DNA of 30,031 nucleotides. Source: a virus (taxonomy: Duplodnaviria > Heunggongvirae > Uroviricota > Caudoviricetes). This document shows, one piece after another, positions 6,950 through 14,893 of this stretch (position 1 is its first letter; each line of letters starts with the position of its first letter). The notes under the pieces are model-generated. The model saw only the letters and a list, made by a program, of their open reading frames with translations. It was not told the DNA's origin and did no database searches. Both the position numbers and the translations under genes were made by a program. The DNA lies in IMG/VR virus record IMGVR_UViG_2648501437_000010, positions 1-30,031 of that record; one strand, given 5' to 3'.

Positions 6950-7642
6950 TTAGACCATCCCTTTCTGGTGTCTTCTTACCTGCGACCAGGCGATAAATCC
7001 AGCCACAACAATAGTGGCAATACCGAAGATGATGCGTACTGTATCCCCGCTAGAGATATGACCTTGTGCTTTATCCATAGCAGCGGAAACCTGCGGCATA
7101 ACATCGGCCAGCTGCGCCAGACCAATACCTGCTGTAACAGTTGCGCCTGCTGTTTCTTTAGTTACAGGAACAGCCTTCACGGTTTTCACCGGCTTAACGA
7201 CGCCAGCTCGACGCAGACCTTCCTCAATAACTTCTGCCGCATACCAGGTGTTCAGCGTTTTTAGCGGACCTCGCCCATTCTCATGGCGAATGATTGCCTC
7301 AACCAAAGGTCGAAGAATGTCGTAATCATGCAGATCGATAATCATGTCTGCGGTTACACCAACGGCTTTAGACACCTCATTAATGTAGGCGTCAGTGTTG
7401 TTTTCATTCGGCGGTGCCCAACGTTCAATAACTTCACGAATGGTATCGATACTTGAGCCGTCTTTTGCGCGACGCTTGTCGTGGTAGGTAATTAGAGTCA
7501 CCGCCAGTGCACGAATCCCCCAAACAGGGTCTTTAAACGTGCAAAAGCGCGGTTCGTCTGGATTCGCAACCAGACCTTGCCACGGTGATCCTTTATCAAG
7601 ATTACCGGGGTTATTATTACGAATGCCTCTCGGAGTCTTCAT
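6950..7642 (-). CDS. tail-anchored membrane protein (soluble N-terminal domain + C-terminal TM helix); in the slot where an endolysin would be expected
   Basis: ATG at 7642 with strong AGGAGA RBS (ACAGGAGATCAAGGATG); N-terminus MKTPRGIRNNNPGNL; Ala/Thr/Val-rich linker; C-terminal IIFGIATIVVAGFIAWSQV followed by RRHQK. No catalytic motif I can assign. Confidence 0.6.
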   Translation of the reverse strand: MKTPRGIRNNNPGNLDKGSPWQGLVANPDEPRFCTFKDPVWGIRALAVTLITYHDKRRAKDGSSIDTIREVIERWAPPNENNTDAYINEVSKAVGVTADMIIDLHDYDILRPLVEAIIRHENGRGPLKTLNTWYAAEVIEEGLRRAGVVKPVKTVKAVPVTKETAGATVTAGIGLAQLADVMPQVSAAMDKAQGHISSGDTVRIIFGIATIVVAGFIAWSQVRRHQKGMV

Positions 7643-7655
7643 CCTTGATCTCCTG

Positions 7656-7979
7656 TTATTGCAGTCCATTTTTTACGCCATACGCGGCTAACCCCAAAAG
7701 CAGTGCGGTAATAATGAACGACGTTATTTTAGAAACAATGCCGCCAAAGAACCCACTTGAGATGGAATCTAACCGGTTAAGGAGTTTGTCCAGGTTGGAG
7801 TGTTGAATACTATGTTGCGCCGGGGTCATATCACCAAAGTAGGTTTTCAGCTGATCGTTGACCTCCTGGCCAATTTCTTCACGTAGCTCTTTACCTAATT
7901 TGCCAACAACCTCCCGAGCAACGATCGCGGCAATACGCTCAACTTGCTCTGTTGTAACGCCCGCCATCTCGTTCGACAT
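7656..7979 (-). CDS. small tail-anchored membrane protein (holin-like or superinfection-exclusion candidate)
   Basis: ATG at 7979 preceded by GGAGGA; about 107 aa with a charged soluble N-terminal part and a single C-terminal TM segment (IITALLLGLAAYGV). Confidence 0.5.
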   Translation of the reverse strand: MSNEMAGVTTEQVERIAAIVAREVVGKLGKELREEIGQEVNDQLKTYFGDMTPAQHSIQHSNLDKLLNRLDSISSGFFGGIVSKITSFIITALLLGLAAYGVKNGLQ

Positions 7980-8045
7980 GTTTTCCTCCATGAAAAGTCA
8001 AATCGGGATGGCGGATTTATATCACATTTCACCCTTTTGTTATAG

Positions 8046-8061
8046 GTGTGTACTTACCTAT
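8046..8061 (-). promoter_or_regulatory. recurring 16-nt motif, site B (plus strand gtgtgTACTTACCTAT)
   Basis: Intergenic, about 70 nt upstream of the 7656-7979 gene start, same orientation as the other sites. Confidence 0.4.
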
Positions 8062-8294
8062 CATTCAGCATTGCAACGGACTGATGAGAAAGCACCTACT
8101 CCTACCCATCGCCAGTTATAGATGCTACCCGCTTTGTATAAGGTATAGTCGTTCACTTTTTTAACAGCATATATGGGTATGACTGTCTCCTGTCCACCAA
8201 TGATAGCTTCACCATAACATATAGGTGTCGGCAATTTCTGGCAGCCAGTAAGAGAGAGAACAACAGCTATTGTTAGAAATAATCTTTTCATCAT
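8061..8294 (-). CDS. small lipoprotein (Cor-like superinfection-exclusion candidate)
   Basis: 77 aa; signal peptide MMKRLFLTIAVVLSLTG-C with lipobox LTGC; located downstream of the tail-fibre genes, as cor is in phi80/N15-type phages. Confidence 0.5.
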   Translation of the reverse strand: MMKRLFLTIAVVLSLTGCQKLPTPICYGEAIIGGQETVIPIYAVKKVNDYTLYKAGSIYNWRWVGVGAFSSVRCNAE

Positions 8295-8301
8295 TTACTC
8301 A

Positions 8302-8910
8302 TCAGTTATACAGATTTCTATTTATTACCGGTACTCTGCCATTTACGCTAAAACTATGGCCGCCATTAAGTTGGTTTACGAATATCGAGCTAACAGTATT
8401 TCCATATGCCGCATATCCATAAACCATTGTCATGGCTCCGCCCGGTACTGGAACAGCGGACACATTCGCATATGTTGGGATTATCGCTGGAGGGTAATCA
8501 AAAACATGCCCTCCAGAGCTGTTCCACTCCGTATTATTAAGAAAGGTAAATGAAAGTGGGATATTTGCCGTATTATAGATTTCCTCCCCTTGTGCATTGA
8601 AAAAACTCATGCCCCAAGTTTCTTTTTTGGCTATACCTTTCGAAAATACGTATATCGTGGCACTAGAGTCGCTACCCTGACCTCCGAAACTGTAAATCAC
8701 CTGGTTGTTACGCACTATTCTGTTGGCTATTAATGAAACAGCTTTCGAATAGGCAACAAAAATAATCGGTGAACGATCTGGAGATATTTTGGTGTTAAAC
8801 TCTGTTCCGCCGGACAAAGAAACAACCTGCTTTCTCTGAAAAACGATAGGAGACAAAGAAGGAGACATCCAGACCTTCCCGTCAGATCGATATATCTTGC
8901 TTCCGTACAT
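8302..8910 (-). CDS. hypothetical protein (Gly/Ser/Asn-rich, beta-rich composition)
   Basis: 202 aa; ATG overlaps the stop of the upstream 84-aa ORF (TAATG); no signal peptide. Confidence 0.5.
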   Translation of the reverse strand: MYGSKIYRSDGKVWMSPSLSPIVFQRKQVVSLSGGTEFNTKISPDRSPIIFVAYSKAVSLIANRIVRNNQVIYSFGGQGSDSSATIYVFSKGIAKKETWGMSFFNAQGEEIYNTANIPLSFTFLNNTEWNSSGGHVFDYPPAIIPTYANVSAVPVPGGAMTMVYGYAAYGNTVSSIFVNQLNGGHSFSVNGRVPVINRNLYN

Positions 8911-9164
8911 TATTTTTGAAAAACCAATATGTTTAAATTACCACTAGCTCCAGACCACGAAATGGTATTTCCAGAAACCGTAAGACTTGTGTACTTTCCA
9001 TTGGTTACGTCCATTATGTAATAGTCGATTCCCAATCCCGCCTCAACCTCATATGTTCTACTTCCTGAACCAGAGGGAGTAAAATAATCGAGGTAATAAA
9101 CAGGGGCCAACGCATTGACCATCTCCTGTCTTGATGGCGACCAAACCTGTGCACCATAGCTCAT
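8910..9164 (-). CDS. hypothetical small protein
   Basis: 84 aa; ATG at 9164 with AAGGA RBS 7 nt upstream; a hairpin (9190-9212) sits immediately 5' of the RBS. Confidence 0.45.
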   Translation of the reverse strand: MSYGAQVWSPSRQEMVNALAPVYYLDYFTPSGSGSRTYEVEAGLGIDYYIMDVTNGKYTSLTVSGNTISWSGASGNLNILVFQK

Positions 9165-9301
9165 AAATATATCCTTATACTTTTAAGCAGGGGCTGGTTT
9201 AGCTCCAGCCCCGATTGAAGTTGTTTATTATTTAGGTGAATTTAACTTCGTTTCAAGCTCCTCAACCCTTTTGGTCAATTGCTGAATATGATGAATGAGA
9301 C

Positions 9302-9331
9302 AAGGCCCGATAGCGGGCCTTAATTTTTATT
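9302..9331 (+). terminator. 8-bp GC-rich stem-loop (aaggcccg-atag-cgggcctt) followed by TAATTTTTATT; terminator-like only in the plus orientation
   Basis: Perfect inverted repeat 9302-9309 / 9314-9321 followed by a T-run; lies directly 3' of the tfa stop on the minus strand, where it is preceded by A-run and followed by only a weak U-poor tail. Confidence 0.35.
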
Positions 9332-9857
9332 CAGGCTTTTGTGGCCATTCGGGCTTTGCTGTATCCACACGGTTGACCAGAACGCTGTAGCGTTCCCATG
9401 ACTCCAGTCGTGTACGCTCCTCATCCGTCGCCATATTCAGCCTGACAGCGCGTTCCAGTGGCTGAATAACGCTTTCAGCTTCAGAAAGCAACGCGGCCTT
9501 TTGTGATTCGGCCTGTTGTTGTTGCTCGTCTGCCGTATAAATCCGTTTAACCACAGCTCCGTCCCTAAACATCCACTTACCGGAATCATCAGCGCGGCGG
9601 TTGGCTGTAATATCTGGAACCTCAACGACGCTATAACCTTCAGGGTTAAGCGTGGAGGCATCTTTGGTGATGGCGACAATAATATTATTTGCATCGTAAA
9701 CAATCTTTATTGTGTCTGGCTGAAAGTTCTTCACTTCCTCATACCAGTTTTTTCCGTCTTCGGACCATAACCAGATAACATCAAAATTCTTTGTTAGCTG
9801 ATATTGTTCTTTCGTTTTAGGATTTCCAGACTTAATATTTTTTAAATGCTGCATCAT
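9327..9857 (-). CDS. tfa: tail fibre assembly chaperone (Tfa / Caudo_TAP family)
   Basis: 176 aa; C-terminal [30 protein letters not shown] is typical of Tfa proteins; ATG directly follows the fibre stop (TAAATG). Confidence 0.8.
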   Translation of the reverse strand: MMQHLKNIKSGNPKTKEQYQLTKNFDVIWLWSEDGKNWYEEVKNFQPDTIKIVYDANNIIVAITKDASTLNPEGYSVVEVPDITANRRADDSGKWMFRDGAVVKRIYTADEQQQQAESQKAALLSEAESVIQPLERAVRLNMATDEERTRLESWERYSVLVNRVDTAKPEWPQKPE

Positions 9858-12800
9858 TTACACCTGTGCGACGTTATACCATGTGCCATTGATGTATTTT
9901 TGTATTGGCCTGAATACTGCTGGGTCATCACCATCAACAGCGCCAATAATGCCAAGCCCTGTAATTACATGACCTGATTTTTCATACATCACACCTTTTC
10001 GCATAGTCTGAACAACACGTGTACCCAGGCGAACATCTTTTACATAGCGTGAATCAAAATTCCCCCAGTTGTTGGGCTGTATCTGACCGTTAACAGAAAA
10101 TATTACCGAGTTATCTGTATTTCGCTGACTATAGAAATGCCAGCCTGAATCATCACCAAGCTCTGCAACAGTTGGTCTTGACGAATTTCCCCACAAGTTA
10201 AATGATGCATTACGGGCAGCGGTATTTGAGCTTGAAAGTGTGAATAACTTACTTTCCCCAGTCTGAATACCCTTTAATGATATTGCTGAACCATTTCTAA
10301 AGCGGAATACATGCACACCATTAGCATAAGCATCCAGCACCCCATCACCATTTTGTTTAAACCCGGTATCGTTATCTCCTAAAACTATTGAATTGCCACC
10401 CAGGGCATTAGCCGTTCCAATCCCCAGATTTCCGCTAAAAATGGCATTAATACCGAATATTGAGTGAGAACAATAAAACCCTCGCCCATTGTTAAAATCA
10501 AGAATAGCTTGCGCGTTCGTGCTTTCTGTCGCGGGATTAGTTGCTCCCCACTTATATGTTGTTTGACCGACGGTATAATCCTGAGTTGGAACAATAACCG
10601 TTAGCCCTTCTTCAGCAGAAACCCGCACAGGAAAAGCCCTGCCTTCAACGTAAAAAACGCTGCATACATCATCTTCTTTAAGGCTTGTTACAATGGAATG
10701 GATTGCGCGCTCATTAGTCTGATACGTCGAAAAATAACCTGCCGCATATGAACCACGATCAGTCCAGCCACCAGGCATTACCATTCCATTGAATTCGCAG
10801 TTATTCATTTCGTAATTACCACCGGCAGATGTGGTCGTTATAATCACTCTGGAAGCCAGCTCGCCAGTGCTGCCTGTGGAACGCCGGAAAATAACTGGAT
10901 ACCACTTTCCACCAACTGCATTAGACGGCGCATTAAATGCGTACTGCCGCATTCCTTTTTTCTTATCCACTTCGCCTTTGCTGTAAACATTAATGTTACT
11001 CAGGAAGCGATCTTTATCAGGAATATCCGCGCCGTTCTGGTTTTTTTGCAATGATCCAGCGGCTAATTCTACGGTTTGCTCAAGATTTAAATCTTCCGCC
11101 GTTAGCTCAATATTTTTAGAACCATCAAACGAGACGCCGTTGATAGTACATGCTGTCTGCAACTTGGTCGCTGTCGCTGCATTACCGGTTGTGTTCTGGT
11201 TACCAGCAATGTTTACACCCGGCAGGTTGATATCGGCAGAGCCATCAAACGCCACACCAGCAATTTTCCTTGCTGTCTGCAATTTTGTGGCGGTTGCGGC
11301 ATTACCAGTAGTGTTCTGATTACCAGTTGTATTCACACCAGGGATTGAATCCTTAGCGGTATATACCTGTGCCCACGCTGACCATGCTGCATCAGTGGTA
11401 TCTCTTCGGGAGCGAATGAAAACCGGCGCATGTGCACCGCTCGTACCACTCCAGCCAATAAGCAACTCACCCTCGCCAGCAGCACTCGCACCTTTCATGT
11501 GCAATACGTTGCCATACGTGGTCGGATAGCTATTGTTGTACGCCTCGTACATTTGAATGCCAGCAGTGCCTTGAGTAGAGCCGCTTAACGCCGTAACTCG
11601 GCCACGAGATACCAATGTATTAATGTTGATATCGCCTGAGCCATCAAACTTAACACCATTGATGTTTCTCGCTGTTTGCAACTTCGTAGCTGTTGAAGCA
11701 TTACCGTTCAAACTACCATTTATGCCACCAGTAACATTTAGTCCATTACCAATAGACACAACACCGCTAGTATTATTAATTGTAATCGGTCGCAAGCCGT
11801 TCCATGAACCTAACGTATCTCCTGATGCTGTTAGCATGAAATATGTGCTGCCGCCGTCATTACGGATAAAGAACCCAAAGCTACCGTAAGCAATGCGGAA
11901 ACCATTTGCATATTTTGAAACGATCTCACCAGAAGATGTCAAACCTCCAGATAATGTACCACCGGTAAGAGGTAATGCACCAACGTCAGATGCAGTTGGT
12001 TTGTTTTTCGTGTTATATACTCTTCGCCATCCTGGAGAATAATCTGTGCCATTAAATACATAGATAAACTCCGCATTAGTGAGAGCACCGGAAACACTTG
12101 TCGTTGTGGCCGTTGTTATGCGGATCGTATAATTATTTGAACTACTACCGTTATTAAATACTTCTATAACAGCTCCTGCCAATGGAATAACGCCACAACC
12201 AGTTTCACTATTTGGTATGGTTGCGCTATTGGCATAGGCCCACGCACATCGAGCAATCCATGCCTTTGTGTTAAAGGCTCCATTATTTTGCAATAACGTC
12301 ACTAACTGGGCTGTTGTTATTGCTCCGCCATTACTTCCTGTAGTTAACCAACCAGTAGGAGATGCCGGGCAACCTATATTTGCTGGCGACAAGGAAATAT
12401 TTGCCGAGCCGTCAAACGACACCCCATTGATAGTACGCGCAGTCTGCAACTTCGTAGCAGTAGCCGCATTACCTGTTGTATTCTGATTACCAGTCGTATT
12501 AACACCTGGCAAATTAATATTTGCAGTACCATCAAAGCTCACGCCGCCGATAGTTCTTGCCGTCTGTAGTTTTGTAGCAGTTGCGGCATTACCAGTGGTG
12601 TTCTGATTACCCGTAGTGTTTACACCTGGAAGATTAATATTGGCAGAACCGTCGAAACCAACTCCACCGATAGTTCTTGTCGTCTGTAATTTCGTTGCTG
12701 TACTTGCATTACCATTCAATGAACCAGTTAATCCGCCTGTAACAGACAACGGACCAGAAACTGTTCCTCCGGTTGTTGGCAGTGCTCCAATATCTGATGG

Positions 12801-14801
12801 CGTAGGTTTCTGATGTGAGCTATACATCGTATAAACAACACCATCGGTAACGCTGGCAGGCTTACTCGCTGAATATGTTGGCGATGTATAAATAGAAACT
12901 GACGCATTTGCAGTACAATCCCAGTGGACATTTACACTCGTCGCATAATTGCCAATCTCAACATAAATATCATATGTATCGCCGGATGTATTCACCCATG
13001 CAAAATTAGTAAATCCAACCGATGTCCTTCGCCATAACGCACCAGTAAGACCTTTTGGATTTCCATTTCCCGCACGAAGAACAAGTTCAGATATACCAGC
13101 CTGCATAGGGGAGTTAACATTATATCCAGCACCACCAATCAATGTGATGTAAACGATGGAACTCGCTTGTGGCATGGTAACCGTAGCCAGTTTGAACCAC
13201 CCAGCCCCGCCAGAGAAAGACATCGTTACTGAATTTAAAGTACCAATATCTTTCGGCGTTAATGTTATATCCGCAGTCAGTGCTTTTCCGTTAATTTTTC
13301 GGTTAGATGGCACCCTGCTATTCGCATTGTCATTGGCTGCTTTAACTGCTTTTGGCGTTGCGGCCAGCGATTCACTGGTGCTATCGACAGCACTGCTAAG
13401 TTTCACAACACCTTTAGTTGTAAGGCTTGCGTCTTCCATCGCAACTGCACCGGCAATCTCTTCAGCACGATCAGCAGCAGCTTCCGCACGGGTCGCAGCG
13501 GATTCAGCAGCAGTTTTGCTCTGAGATGCAGCCGTCGCACTGCCTGCCGCCTCTGTTGCTTTCGTGGATGCCGTTGAAGCACTGCCCTTCGCTTCTGATG
13601 CCTGCTTGGTCGCCTCATCTTTTGAAGCGGATGCTGAGGAGGCTGATGCAGACGCAGAACTTGCAGATTCAGCAGCTGCCGCCTTAGAGGAAGCAGCATT
13701 GTCTTCTGAAGTCTTTGCATTTGTTTCAGAGGTTTTTGCTGCCGATGCTGAATTTTTAGCAGCTGTAGCCTGACTCGTCGCCTCTGTCGCTTTTGTGGTA
13801 GCTGTTGTCGCTGATGACAATGCGCTATCCGCAGATTTTCCTGCCGCTGTTGCACTTGATGAAGCACTATCCGCACTTGCTGAGGCTGCGCTTGCTGACG
13901 CTTCTGCCGCAGATTTCGAACTGTTTGCAGACGATGCACTCTGTTCGGCTGCCGTTTCAGATGCTTTTGCGTTTGCCTCTGACGTTTTTGCTGCCTTAGA
14001 CGAATTTGCAGCTTCTGTTGCCGATGATGCTGCCGCGTTTGCGCTCGATGAAGCGTTAGTCTCTGATGCTTTGGCTGCATCCTTAGATGCAGAGGCACTG
14101 GACGCAGATGTTGCTGCCTCCGATGCTTTGGCCGACGCTACAGATGCTGATTCTGCTGCCGCTTCTTTTGCGGCTTGTGCGTTCGTTTCAGATTTTTTCG
14201 CAGCAGTTGCGCTCGCACTTGCAGCACTTTGTGAGGATGCCGCAGCGGATGCACTTTGAGACGCTTGAGAGGCTTTTTCTCCAGCGGTATTGGCGCTTTC
14301 TGCTGCTGCGGCAGCACTGGCCGCCGCCTCACGAGCTTTGTCGCCAGCAGCATCAATCGCGTCAGTGTTATTTTTATACCACTCAACGTTTTCGTTGTGC
14401 TCGTTGACGATCTGCATTAGCGGCTTAACGGTCACTTCTGTACCGTCTTCACGCTCGATTGTCACCTCATCCAGAGCAGTCAACCAACTGCGCATGGACT
14501 TGGAATCAGCCGACATACGCGACATTAGTGCAGTAAAGCGCGCGCTAAACTGTGTTAAGTCGCCTTCATAGGTCGTAATGATTCGGCACGGAACTTCAGA
14601 CTGAGTTTCGCCGGTATAAGGTTCTGAGAGAACAATGTTCGTATCACTGGTTACGCGCTTGATCTCATACAGCTTATTGTCGGGGCCAATGACGATCATC
14701 CCCGGCAACACACCATTAGCTGTTACGTTCCAGGCTGTCCCTGCCCCAACCAGAGTATTGCTGCCCTGTGTAAATGTGATAGTACCTTCCCTGTACCACA
14801 T
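9858..14801 (-). CDS. stf: side tail fibre protein (lambda Stf / P2 gpH-like mosaic)
   Basis: 1647 aa; long Ala/Ser/Thr-rich region with ...TKGVVKLSSAVDSTSESLAATPKAVKAAN as in lambda Stf; multiple GNAATATKLQTAR-type phage tail fibre repeats; C-terminus ...FRPIQKYINGTWYNVAQV of the Tfa-dependent fibre family; AAGGAG RBS. Confidence 0.85.
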   Translation of the reverse strand: MWYREGTITFTQGSNTLVGAGTAWNVTANGVLPGMIVIGPDNKLYEIKRVTSDTNIVLSEPYTGETQSEVPCRIITTYEGDLTQFSARFTALMSRMSADSKSMRSWLTALDEVTIEREDGTEVTVKPLMQIVNEHNENVEWYKNNTDAIDAAGDKAREAAASAAAAAESANTAGEKASQASQSASAAASSQSAASASATAAKKSETNAQAAKEAAAESASVASAKASEAATSASSASASKDAAKASETNASSSANAAASSATEAANSSKAAKTSEANAKASETAAEQSASSANSSKSAAEASASAASASADSASSSATAAGKSADSALSSATTATTKATEATSQATAAKNSASAAKTSETNAKTSEDNAASSKAAAAESASSASASASSASASKDEATKQASEAKGSASTASTKATEAAGSATAASQSKTAAESAATRAEAAADRAEEIAGAVAMEDASLTTKGVVKLSSAVDSTSESLAATPKAVKAANDNANSRVPSNRKINGKALTADITLTPKDIGTLNSVTMSFSGGAGWFKLATVTMPQASSIVYITLIGGAGYNVNSPMQAGISELVLRAGNGNPKGLTGALWRRTSVGFTNFAWVNTSGDTYDIYVEIGNYATSVNVHWDCTANASVSIYTSPTYSASKPASVTDGVVYTMYSSHQKPTPSDIGALPTTGGTVSGPLSVTGGLTGSLNGNASTATKLQTTRTIGGVGFDGSANINLPGVNTTGNQNTTGNAATATKLQTARTIGGVSFDGTANINLPGVNTTGNQNTTGNAATATKLQTARTINGVSFDGSANISLSPANIGCPASPTGWLTTGSNGGAITTAQLVTLLQNNGAFNTKAWIARCAWAYANSATIPNSETGCGVIPLAGAVIEVFNNGSSSNNYTIRITTATTTSVSGALTNAEFIYVFNGTDYSPGWRRVYNTKNKPTASDVGALPLTGGTLSGGLTSSGEIVSKYANGFRIAYGSFGFFIRNDGGSTYFMLTASGDTLGSWNGLRPITINNTSGVVSIGNGLNVTGGINGSLNGNASTATKLQTARNINGVKFDGSGDININTLVSRGRVTALSGSTQGTAGIQMYEAYNNSYPTTYGNVLHMKGASAAGEGELLIGWSGTSGAHAPVFIRSRRDTTDAAWSAWAQVYTAKDSIPGVNTTGNQNTTGNAATATKLQTARKIAGVAFDGSADINLPGVNIAGNQNTTGNAATATKLQTACTINGVSFDGSKNIELTAEDLNLEQTVELAAGSLQKNQNGADIPDKDRFLSNINVYSKGEVDKKKGMRQYAFNAPSNAVGGKWYPVIFRRSTGSTGELASRVIITTTSAGGNYEMNNCEFNGMVMPGGWTDRGSYAAGYFSTYQTNERAIHSIVTSLKEDDVCSVFYVEGRAFPVRVSAEEGLTVIVPTQDYTVGQTTYKWGATNPATESTNAQAILDFNNGRGFYCSHSIFGINAIFSGNLGIGTANALGGNSIVLGDNDTGFKQNGDGVLDAYANGVHVFRFRNGSAISLKGIQTGESKLFTLSSSNTAARNASFNLWGNSSRPTVAELGDDSGWHFYSQRNTDNSVIFSVNGQIQPNNWGNFDSRYVKDVRLGTRVVQTMRKGVMYEKSGHVITGLGIIGAVDGDDPAVFRPIQKYINGTWYNVAQV
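11090..11350 (-). repeat. in-frame tandem copies of the phage tail fibre repeat inside stf
   Basis: Near-identical DNA blocks encoding GNQNTTGNAATATKLQTAR...FDGS...INLPGVN; this also explains the antisense plus-strand ORFs with ...CNFVAVAALPVVF. Confidence 0.6.
12395..12720 (-). repeat. three tandem copies (about 117 bp each) of the phage tail fibre repeat inside stf
   Basis: Repeated ...accagtagtgttctgattacc...ggcag...ccatcaaa... units visible in the DNA; encoded peptide NTTGNQNTTGNAATATKLQTARTIGGVSFDG x3. Confidence 0.65.
13450..14350 (-). repeat. low-complexity GC-rich region encoding the Ala/Ser/Thr-rich segment of stf
   Basis: Continuous gcngcn/tcngan codon periodicity; produces long spurious ORFs in several alternative frames on both strands. 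Confidence 0.65.
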
Positions 14802-14848
14802 GTTGAATATGCTCCTTGATTTGGTGGGCTATCCTTGCCCACCATTAA

Positions 14849-14864
14849 GTATGTACCTACTTAT
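14849..14864 (-). promoter_or_regulatory. recurring 16-nt motif, site C (plus strand gtatgTACCTACTTAT)
   Basis: Intergenic between the J stop (14894) and the stf start (14801); followed on the coding strand by hairpin 14822-14844 and the AAGGAG RBS. Confidence 0.4.
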
Positions 14865-14893
14865 TTTTACCGATATAAATATTTTTTTCTACA

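Noticed and set aside
13403-14407. Long ORFs on both strands (e.g. 13403-14098 minus, 13795-14259 plus, 14087-14407 plus) encoding Gln/Arg/Leu-rich or Ala/Asp-rich peptides
   Set aside because: They are alternative-frame or antisense readings of the GC-rich, low-complexity Ala/Ser/Thr-rich segment of stf; they have no RBS and sit entirely inside a well-supported 1647-aa ORF.
9858-14801. Diversity-generating retroelement targeting the tail fibre
   Set aside because: No reverse-transcriptase-like ORF in the window and no template-repeat / variable-repeat pair separate from the in-frame tandem repeats.
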